Shown: positions 1-6,908 of the stretch, piece by piece
Layout of the letters: each line of letters opens with the position of its first letter
How positions within the stretch are numbered: the stretch's first letter is position 1
Sequence record: CP127617.1
DNA from: a plasmid
Length of the DNA stretch: 20,718 nucleotides
Reading direction: 5' to 3' (one strand)
Translations under genes and position numbers: made by a program
Notes under the pieces: model-generated
The model's input: the letters and a program-made list of their open reading frames with translations, nothing else
What the model was told of the DNA's origin: nothing
The model's database searches: none

Positions 1-91
1 AAAGATACAAAATACTTGCCAATGCAAAAGAATGAAAACGCGTCAAATCAACGATGTATAAAAGATGCATAAAAGATAATGAAAGTAAAAA

Positions 92-133
92 GCCATAAAT
101 GCCTATATGACGGCATTTATGGCTTTTTGTTTG
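92..133. terminator. Bidirectional intrinsic terminator hairpin (GCCATAAATGCC..GGCATTTATGGC flanked by A-run and T-run)
   Basis: Perfect 12-bp stem with 8-nt loop, A5 upstream and T5 downstream. It lies just 3' of the minus-strand gene ending at 221. Confidence 0.6.
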
Positions 134-220
134 GTTAACATAATCGATGATTATCAGAAGTTCAATTCACATAAAAAAGCACGGCTAATTTATGAACTTG
201 TCGTACCTTTTTAATTAAAA

Positions 221-964
221 TTAGTTACCAAATAGACGACTCCAAAACCCCTTTTTAGGTTCCGTTTCTTCACTCTTTTCTTCTATATCACTATCATTGT
301 CATTTGGATTAGCTGAAACGTCTTCTCTTTGTGCTTCTTCACCTTGTGTACTTTCGTCGCTTTGACTTCCAGATATATCCTTATATTGAATCTCTGTTTC
401 TTTAGTTTCTTCCTGATCTCGGTTAATATTTACAGGACTAGTAGTATATGTTTTTTCTTGTGCATCAACGTTTTGTCTAGCGTTAGTAGATGTATCAAAG
501 GGATAATTAAGGTGTTTTTCTTTTTCTAATTGATTTTCTAATTTTTGAATCTTTTTATTACTCTCTAATGCCAGAACTTGCTGATTCTCAAGCAATTTTG
601 ATCTTTCTTGCAACTCTTTTCTGTAAAATTCAATTGTTGTTTCATGACGACTTTCTTGTTTTTCAATTTGATTATTTAAAGTATTAATCTGATTTTTAAG
701 TATTTCTACTATTTGAGCATCGCTTTTAGATTCAAAATTAATATTATCCGACTCTTTTTTTTGTTTGTCTTCAGTAGCACTTTCAAAACCATATTTCTTT
801 TTATTTTCATTTACTCTTTGAATGATTTTTTCTATATCGGTATCTTCTTTAATAAACGAAGTGTTTTCCTGTTTTATTGTCTCTATATTCAATCTCTTAA
901 TATTATTAAAAATCGTTTGCTTACTAACCCCTAATTCTTCACTCAACCTTTTTACACTTTTCAT
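221..964 (-). CDS. Plasmid replication-associated protein, N-terminal HTH plus long acidic coiled-coil (DUF536-like, common next to rep on staphylococcal plasmids)
   Basis: 247-aa ORF. N-terminus MKSVKRLSEELGVSKQTIFNNIKRL is a helix-turn-helix. Remainder is low-complexity, E/K/Q-rich. It sits divergent to the rep gene. Confidence 0.6.
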   Translation of the reverse strand: MKSVKRLSEELGVSKQTIFNNIKRLNIETIKQENTSFIKEDTDIEKIIQRVNENKKKYGFESATEDKQKKESDNINFESKSDAQIVEILKNQINTLNNQIEKQESRHETTIEFYRKELQERSKLLENQQVLALESNKKIQKLENQLEKEKHLNYPFDTSTNARQNVDAQEKTYTTSPVNINRDQEETKETEIQYKDISGSQSDESTQGEEAQREDVSANPNDNDSDIEEKSEETEPKKGFWSRLFGN

Positions 965-1373
965 ATCATCAACCCTTTATAAAATGTTTATAAACCCTTA
1001 GTAAAATATTATAAGCTTATAACGATTAATAATAAAGTAATCGACAAATAAAAATATAAATTCGCCAACCTTTTTATCAAGGGTTTGTAAAGGGTTTATG
1101 GTGTTTATCAAAGGTTTATAAACCTATATTTTCCCTTTTTTAAGTTTATTCAAAGTGCTATAATAACCTTAATATAACAAAAACCCCAACTACTGGTAAT
1201 AGTCGGGGTTTGGTAATAAAACGTTTAGAAACTGTTTATTTATATAATTTTCGATACTTAGATTATATAATGAATAATATCTTAGTGCAAGCACCTAGAT
1301 TATTAAATAAACACAAAAATGTAAGCGTTTTATTACCTCTTACCAAACTAAAATTCGGAAAGAGGTTTTTATT
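965..1373. promoter_or_regulatory. rep control region with repeated GGTTTATAAAC/AGGGTTT motifs. Extended -10 (TGcTATAAT) near 1155-1164. Leader stem-loop CCCCAACTA..TAGTCGGGG at 1185-1212.
   Basis: At least five imperfect copies of TTTATnAAnCC between the divergent genes. A promoter-like element and a GC-rich hairpin lie in the rep leader. RepA_N plasmids typically have countertranscript control here. Confidence 0.4.
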
Positions 1374-2335
1374 ATGTCAATTAAACTTTACAACATAAAT
1401 GAGGAATACAGAGAAAAGTTTTATCAAATACCGAAAGTATTTTTTACAAATCCTAAATATATCAAGTTATCCAATGATGCAAAAATGGCATGGGGTATTC
1501 TTAGAGATCGTTTAGATTTATCAATTAAAAATGGTTGGGTTGATTCTAAAACAGGTAATATTTATTTTTATTACAAAAATGAAAACCCACAAAATATATT
1601 AAATTGTAAAAAAGATAAAGTAATTAAAATAAAGAAAGAACTTAATTGAAGCCGAATTACTACTACAAGAAAGACAAGGTTTAAATAAGACAAATAAACT
1701 TTATTTAGTTAAACCAGAAGTAACAGAAGATGATATTTATAAAATTCAAAAGCAAGAAAACACTGTTGAGAGCAGCAATGGCAAGGAAGTCGGAAAAACC
1801 GACTTCAAGAAGTCGATAAAACAGAATCTAATGATACTGAACTTAGCTATACTGAATCTAACAATACTGAAATAAATGATATGAATGACTTGAATGATAT
1901 AGAGTCCGAAAATGAAATTAGTAATCATTCAAGTCAATGCAAGGTTATTTAATGCAAACAATTTTAACTGAATTTGAAGAAACACATGCACTTTATATGC
2001 GCCGTAAAAACATGAAACAATATAATATCTTTAATCAATCATTCAAATGATTTTATAACAATCAAAGATACATCAAAATATTTCGTTAAATCATCTGACT
2101 TTTTAACTGATAGCGATGAAAAAATCAAGAAATTGTCAGTGATCTAGAAAAAGATTTGTATCGAAAACGTATGTTAAGTTATGGTGGATTGCTTAAATAA
2201 AAACATAAAATTTTAAACTTAGACGATGCTGAAGATGGCAATTTAATTAATACAAGTGATGAAGATAAAATAGCAAATGAAGAAGAAAAGGCACATTCGA
2301 TTACGGCAATTTTGAAAAGCAAAATTATTATTTAA
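1374..2335 (+). pseudogene. rep: RepA_N-family theta-replication initiator, degraded by multiple frameshifts and in-frame stops
   Basis: N-terminal 91 aa (YQIPKVFFTNPKYIKLSNDAKMAWGILRDRLDLS) is a RepA_N domain. Reading continues in other frames: EAELLLQERQGLNK.., then the TESNDTELSYTESNNTEIND repeat region, then MQTILTEFEETHALYMRRKNMKQYNIFNQSFK. Then comes an in-frame TGA (2047-2049), two more frame changes (~2066, ~2140) and an in-frame TAA (2198-2200). The frame stays open to 2335. Confidence 0.7.
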
Positions 2336-2398
2336 GGCATTAGTGATAACTGATGTCTTTTTTTATTACTTTTTTGTAAAAAAAGTGCTGTCTTATTT

Positions 2399-2440
2399 TT
2401 GTGACAAATGCTGTATGTAGTGTCACAAAAGTGTGACACT
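2399..2440. repeat. TGTGACA / TGTCACA / TGTGACACT palindromic array (9-bp perfect inverted repeat AGTGTCACA-aaag-TGTGACACT plus an extra half-site)
   Basis: Direct reading. Sits immediately 3' of the rep pseudogene. Looks like a protein-binding site (operator, partition or recombination site). Confidence 0.4.
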
Positions 2441-3201
2441 TGAGCTTTTTATGACCCCACACAAAAACATTTTCGAAGCCTTGAAATATCTGGCTTTGCC
2501 AGATCCCCCATTCATTGATGGGGACAAATTTCCCTTATGCTCTTACGGAGATTTTAGAGTTAAATTAAAATTTCTAAGTTTTTGATAAGAAAAGCCCTGC
2601 AGGAATTTAGAAGAACGTGGGGAAGTTTTAAAGAATTTTATGCTAATTTTTAATTTGCATGTAAATGGGCAGTGTCTAAAAAATAGTTATTGTTTTTGCT
2701 CAAATTTTTGTTTTTGAAAATAGCATATATTTATTTGGCTCATATTTGCGTTTTAAAAGCGTATATAAGTTTTAGATATAAAACTATATGAATCACCCCT
2801 AAATCTTTAAAATGCCCTCTTAAAATTCAAAATAAGGGCATAAAAAATAAAAGCCCCCCAGATAAAGTGAGGTAGCTTTTTCTTTCGACGCCGTATCGTC
2901 GATGTAATTCAAAAAAGTTATGGGCTATAAATCTACATCACTTTTTCAAGAATGTAGTAGCAATATTCAACGCAAATTAATTTTTATAACTGCTCGGAAT
3001 ATCTCAAGCCGTTTCTTTAATTTTGAAATAAAAAAATCGACGAAGGTCGATTACGTTTTTGCACATGTCGATTTATCCGACGTATAAGTGCGCCCTTACG
3101 GGATTTAACTAGATTATAACGACGAATTTTAGACCTGTAAAGCAATAACAATTAGGTCTACCAGGTAGATAAAGTGTACAAAGTAGAACCGAAAAAGTTA
3201 T

Positions 3202-3279
3202 TTATTTTGAAGATTTTTCGTAGATATAATTTGCTAATAAACTTCCTAAAACTGAATAAAGAAAAATAGTTAAACTCAT
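3202..3279 (-). CDS. Possible 25-aa hydrophobic peptide MSLTIFLYSVLGSLLANYIYEKSSK with strong Shine-Dalgarno (GGAGTGATTAC-ATG)
   Basis: ATG at 3279 on the minus strand is preceded by GGAGTGA. Stop TAA at 3204-3202. Too short for the ORF track. No homology assertion. Confidence 0.2.
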   Translation of the reverse strand: MSLTIFLYSVLGSLLANYIYEKSSK

Positions 3280-3339
3280 GTAATCACTCCATAATTCTGA
3301 AGTGTCTCCATGTCTACGCATAGACACACATTTATGCCG

Positions 3340-3462
3340 AGAAAATTTATTGTGCGTTGAGAAGAACCCTTAACTAAACTTGCAGACGAATGTCGGCATA
3401 GCGTGAGCTATTAAGCCGACCATTCGACAAGTTTTGGGATTGTTAAGGGTTCCGAGGCTCAA
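3340..3462 (+). ncRNA. Candidate structured RNA / cadD leader with three nested long-range helices (ATGCCGA..TCGGCAT, CGTTGAG..CTCAACG, CCCTTAAC..GTTAAGGG)
   Basis: Three complementary 7-8 nt segment pairs arranged as a multi-helix junction upstream of cadD. No family assigned. Confidence 0.25.
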
Positions 3463-3552
3463 CGTCAATAAAGCAATTGGAATAAAGCACCTATGATTAT
3501 TTAAAAATATAAGTTATAATACATTCAAAAATATTTTTGAATGAGGTGTATT

Positions 3553-4170
3553 ATGATTCAAACGGTTGTTGCTGCTGCTGTTCTTTATATTGCTACAGCA
3601 GTTGATTTATTAGTAATTTTATTAATATTTTTTGCTAGAGCAAAGACTAGAAAAGAATATAGAAATATTTATGTTGGTCAATATTTAGGGTCTATTATTT
3701 TAATATTAGTTAGTTTGTTTTTAGCTTTTGTATTAAATTATGTTCCAGAAAAGTGGATATTAGGTTTATTGGGTTTAATACCAATTTATCTTGGAATTAA
3801 AGTGGCTATTTATGATGATTGTGAAGGAGAAAAGAGAGCTAAAAAAGAATTGAATGAAAAAGGATTGTCTAAATTAGTTGGTACGGTTGCAATTGTTACG
3901 ATAGCAAGTTGTGGCGCCGATAATATTGGTTTATTTGTTCCGTATTTTGTGACATTAAGTGTTACTAATTTATTACTTACTCTGTTTGTCTTTTTAATTT
4001 TAATTTTCTTCTTGGTGTTTACTGCACAAAAATTAGCTAATATCCCAGGAATTGGAGAAATTGTTGAGAAATTTAGTCGTTGGATTATGGCTATCATTTA
4101 TATAGCTTTAGGTTTATTTATTATTATTGAAAATGACACTATTCAAACAATTTTAGGATTTATATTTTAA
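3553..4170 (+). CDS. cadD: Cadmium resistance transporter CadD
   Basis: MIQTVVAAAVLYIATAVDLLVILLIFFARAKTRKEYR.. multi-TM protein matching staphylococcal CadD over its full ~205 aa. SD GAGGTG is 4 nt upstream of the ATG at 3553. Confidence 0.9.
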   Translation: MIQTVVAAAVLYIATAVDLLVILLIFFARAKTRKEYRNIYVGQYLGSIILILVSLFLAFVLNYVPEKWILGLLGLIPIYLGIKVAIYDDCEGEKRAKKELNEKGLSKLVGTVAIVTIASCGADNIGLFVPYFVTLSVTNLLLTLFVFLILIFFLVFTAQKLANIPGIGEIVEKFSRWIMAIIYIALGLFIIIENDTIQTILGFIF

Positions 4171-4188
4171 TTTAGGGTGTGATTTTAT

Positions 4189-4536
4189 ATGAGTTATGAA
4201 AATACTTGTGATGTGATCTGTGTACATGAGGATAAAGTTAACAATGCTTTAAGTTTTTTAGAAGATGATAAATCTAAGAAATTACTTAACATTTTAGAAA
4301 AAATTTGTGATGAGAAGAAATTGAAAATCATATTATCTTTGATTAAAGAAGATGAGTTGTGTGTTTGTGATATTTCTTTGATATTGAAAATGAGTGTTGC
4401 TTCAACTTCACATCATTTAAGGCTTTTATATAAAAATGAGGTACTTGATTTTTATAAAGATGGAAAGATGGCATATTATTTTATTAAAGACGATGAAATA
4501 AGAGAGTTTTTCTCTAAAAATCAGGAGGGTTTTTGA
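4189..4536 (+). CDS. cadX: ArsR/SmtB-family metalloregulator CadX
   Basis: 115 aa. ELCVCDISLILKMSVASTSHHLRLL is the ArsR-type metal-binding/HTH signature. Immediately downstream of cadD, as in the cadDX operon. Confidence 0.85.
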   Translation: MSYENTCDVICVHEDKVNNALSFLEDDKSKKLLNILEKICDEKKLKIILSLIKEDELCVCDISLILKMSVASTSHHLRLLYKNEVLDFYKDGKMAYYFIKDDEIREFFSKNQEGF

Positions 4537-4629
4537 AACGAGTTTCTTCTTGTCTTGATACTATAAAAAACAAAGTTATATAACATAAGACGACTTATCG
4601 GAAGTTATCTATCATCGTATATTCGGAGA

Positions 4630-4638
4630 TGATATAAT
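4630..4638 (+). promoter_or_regulatory. Extended -10 promoter (TGaTATAAT) for the type I toxin mRNA
   Basis: TG-n-TATAAT at 4630-4638, about 58 nt upstream of the toxin start. The 5'UTR can fold to sequester the SD (CTCTC..GACGC-AGAGAG). Confidence 0.5.
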
Positions 4639-4695
4639 ATACAGGTCGCCTATCTCTCAGGCGTCAATTCAGACGCAGAGAGGAGGTGCATTACT

Positions 4696-4788
4696 TTGCT
4701 AATCATTTTCGTTCACATCATAGCACCAGTCATCAGTGGCTGTGCTGTTGCGTATTATACTTATTGGCTTAGTAAACGCAACAAATAA
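4696..4788 (+). CDS. Type I toxin, PepA1 (SprA1)/Fst-like 30-aa membrane peptide (M)LIIFVHIIAPVISGCAVAYYTYWLSKRNK, TTG start
   Basis: SD GGAGGTG is 6 nt before the TTG. The peptide is near-identical in pattern to S. aureus PepA1 (MLIFVHIIAPVISGCAIAFFSYWLSRRNTK), with a hydrophobic helix and a basic tail. Confidence 0.75.
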   Translation: MLIIFVHIIAPVISGCAVAYYTYWLSKRNK

Positions 4789-4815
4789 TTAATAGGCGAC
4801 TTTATAAGCCAGCAT

Positions 4816-4881
4816 CGAAAAAATCCCCACACTATTGCAGTAGTGTGGGGATTGGTGCATTAATTGTTAATCATTTTCGTT
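4816..4881 (-). ncRNA. Antisense antitoxin RNA (SprA1AS-like), about 65 nt. Its 5' end is complementary to the toxin start-codon region through the repeated segment 4868-4881.
   Basis: Minus-strand sigma-A promoter: TTGCAT (comp. 4912-4917), 18-nt spacer, TATAAT (comp. 4888-4893). The transcript carries the complement of TAATCATTTTCGTT (identical to 4700-4713). It ends at the hairpin 4824-4851 plus T-run. Confidence 0.55.
4824..4851 (-). terminator. Intrinsic terminator (TCCCCACACTA-ttgcag-TAGTGTGGGGA) with T6 on the minus strand
   Basis: 11-bp perfect GC-rich stem. The A6 run at 4818-4823 is the T-tract for the minus-strand transcript. Confidence 0.6.
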
Positions 4882-4999
4882 ATCTAGATTATAACACTGG
4901 TTAGTAGAGGAATGCAAAAAGATAATATTTTAAGTAGTCTTTTTGGATATTATCATATGATATATTTATGTAAATTGATTTTTTATTAAAGGAGCATAT

Positions 5000-5524
5000 A
5001 TGAGTAATACTAAAATTAAATATCAAATTTTTATTTCATCAACTTATTTAGATTTAATAGAAGAGCGTCAAGCAGTAGTAGAAGCAGTTTTAAACAGTAA
5101 TAATATTCCAGCAGGTATGGAACTTTTTAACTCAAGTAGTAAAAGCCAATGGGAAATAATAACACAATGGATCAATGAATCAGATGCAGTGATATTATTG
5201 TTAGGTTCTAGTTATGGAACAATTGATAGTGAAGAAAATATTAGCTATACAGAAATGGAGTACAATTTTGCTAAATCTTTAGGTAAACCTATATATGTTT
5301 TTGAGATGAATAAAGCATCTACCGAATCCGCGGAAAAGTCTAAAAAATTAGATGAGTTTAAGACAAAAGTTAAAGAAAATAGACTAATTAGTCCAAATAT
5401 TAATGATATTTCGGAATTAAAAAGTAAAGTATCTCAGACTTTAATGCAAAGTGTACCTAGTGAAATTAAAGAAAATAGTGGATGGATAAGAGTACAGGAT
5501 TGTGGTAAAAATGTAAAAAATTAA
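5000..5524 (+). CDS. DUF4062-type domain protein (conserved FISST motif; proposed TIR-like fold), 174 aa
   Basis: KIKYQIFISSTYLDLIEERQAVVEAV.. carries the SST motif and acidic EER segment typical of DUF4062. A later hydrophobic core strand reads ESDAVILLLGSSYG. SD AAGGAG lies upstream of the ATG. Confidence 0.7.
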   Translation: MSNTKIKYQIFISSTYLDLIEERQAVVEAVLNSNNIPAGMELFNSSSKSQWEIITQWINESDAVILLLGSSYGTIDSEENISYTEMEYNFAKSLGKPIYVFEMNKASTESAEKSKKLDEFKTKVKENRLISPNINDISELKSKVSQTLMQSVPSEIKENSGWIRVQDCGKNVKN

Positions 5525-5529
5525 AAAAA

Positions 5530-5973
5530 TTGGATGCTATACAAAGAGATTTAGATACATATGATTTTTTGAAAGAAGAACTTTATAAAATATTCATGTA
5601 TGTAAAAACTTTTTATTTCCAGCACACACCATTTGATGATAGTTATATTGAAGATATAGAAAACTACCTGCTAAATTATGAAAATAATCCACATAAATCA
5701 TTCATGAAAATAAAAGTTTATGATTATAAAAACTTTTTAAAACATTTAAAAAACATATTGATTTTAATTAAACAAGGAAAAAAGCCATTAGCTCAAGCCG
5801 GTCATTTTAAATTAAGCTTTTACGAAGAGGATTTAAAATTGTTACAAAAAAATTATAAGACTACGCTAGTCGATATTAAAGGATTGAATAAACATTTTTA
5901 TAAGGAATGTGATAGGTGCTTAAAAGCATATAATATTTTTATTGAGGGTATAAATAAACATTTATATGAATGA
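5530..5973 (+). CDS. Hypothetical 147-aa protein. It may be the C-terminal part of the upstream DUF4062 protein (it is in the -1 frame relative to 5000-5524).
   Basis: The ORF begins at a TTG with no SD, 6 nt after the upstream stop. The -1 frame is open from 5509. A6 and A7 runs (5515-5520, 5523-5529) lie at the junction. No recognisable motifs except CDRC near the C-terminus. Confidence 0.45.
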   Translation: MDAIQRDLDTYDFLKEELYKIFMYVKTFYFQHTPFDDSYIEDIENYLLNYENNPHKSFMKIKVYDYKNFLKHLKNILILIKQGKKPLAQAGHFKLSFYEEDLKLLQKNYKTTLVDIKGLNKHFYKECDRCLKAYNIFIEGINKHLYE

Positions 5974-5979
5974 TATAAG

Positions 5980-6125
5980 TACACCCTAATCATACATATA
6001 TAATTGTTGTCACTTTACTCGATATATGAGAATGACTTTACCTAATAAATGAGAAAAGCAACGCACTATATTAAAATGCGTTGCTTTTTCTATTATCGAA
6101 TACCTATAACTAAACTATCTCTAGC
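5980..6125. repeat. Tn552-like left terminal inverted repeat
   Basis: Its reverse complement aligns with 12431-12597 (TACACCCTAATCATAC..AATTGTTGTCACTTT..GATATATGAGAAT..AAATGAGAAAAGCAACGCACT..GCGTTGCTTTTTC..CCTATAA.TAAACTAT). Confidence 0.75.
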
Positions 6126-6908
6126 TGTTTCTACAACTTCTGTACTTATTTTATCTAAACCATTTATATCCATAATTCTGTCTATCTGCGCAAATAAACG
6201 ATGAATCAGCCTAAAATTCCCTTTTGTAATTTTAATAATCGTCGTTATTGCCTCATAATCAGTAAAGTCTTCGAGTTTTAAATCAAATCCTAAGTCTTGC
6301 CACTTATATTCTAATATATGATGCGTCTCATCTTTACTTAGATTATCAAATTCATGCGCAAAACCTATACGCGAATATAATTGAGGATAACGAGATAGTT
6401 TTTTCTCTATACCCGGCATACCAATAAATATCATTGCTAAATTATGTTCATCATAAATAGCTCTTAATTGCTCTAAATGTTGCACTTTAAGGCGATCAAT
6501 CTCATCTACTATAATTAAATCAATATATTTAAACATATCACTATAATGTTTACTATGTTCATGTCCATACTTATTTACAACATGTAATTTTTGACCCAAA
6601 TCAATGATTGCAGTAATACTATATAAATCATTCCTTAATTTAGTTTGTTTTTCTGCTGGTGCATTATAAAATATTTTATCCACCGATAGTATGTCATCGG
6701 TCGTTTTACTAGCTAAATCTTCCCAACCTCTATGGTTAACTTGTTTTTCAATAGTATCCCAATTTGTGTAATACCTAGACGATAAAGTTTTTCCGACACC
6801 AGGTTGACCATAACATATACCAATATACTGATATTTAATACAAGCATCACAAAATTCAGCAAAGCGTTTATACTCTTTCGTTTCAATGAAATTTTGATTT
6901 TTAGTCAT
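6093..6908 (-). CDS. Tn552 p271 ATP-binding transposition protein (IstB/TnsC-like AAA+)
   Basis: 271 aa with Walker A GQPGVGKT and Walker B IIVDEIDRL. It overlaps the p480 stop by 8 bp. Confidence 0.85.
   Translation of the reverse strand: MTKNQNFIETKEYKRFAEFCDACIKYQYIGICYGQPGVGKTLSSRYYTNWDTIEKQVNHRGWEDLASKTTDDILSVDKIFYNAPAEKQTKLRNDLYSITAIIDLGQKLHVVNKYGHEHSKHYSDMFKYIDLIIVDEIDRLKVQHLEQLRAIYDEHNLAMIFIGMPGIEKKLSRYPQLYSRIGFAHEFDNLSKDETHHILEYKWQDLGFDLKLEDFTDYEAITTIIKITKGNFRLIHRLFAQIDRIMDINGLDKISTEVVETARDSLVIGIR

Noticed and set aside
1-72. Possible 3' end of a plus-strand gene (..KDTKYLPMQKNENASNQRCIKDA*)
   Set aside because: Only 23 codons are visible and the family cannot be assessed. It is left unannotated, though the terminator at 92-133 would fit.
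329-934. ORFs 329-529 (+) and 713-934 (+) from the track
   Set aside because: They lie entirely inside the minus-strand 221-964 gene. They are low-complexity F/L/I-rich translations of the antisense of an E/K-rich gene, with no RBS.
1210-1398. ORF 1210-1398 (+) and ORF 1746-1928 (-)
   Set aside because: The first spans the rep leader/promoter and ends inside the rep start. The second is antisense to the rep repeat region. Neither has an RBS or plausible composition.
2920-3087. 55-codon ORF MGYKSTSLFQECSS.. in the 2460-3200 non-coding stretch
   Set aside because: No Shine-Dalgarno. It spans two hairpins and has atypical composition. Likely chance ORF in AT-rich DNA.
3810-4097. ORF 3810-4097 (-)
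   Set aside because: Antisense to cadD, fully embedded.
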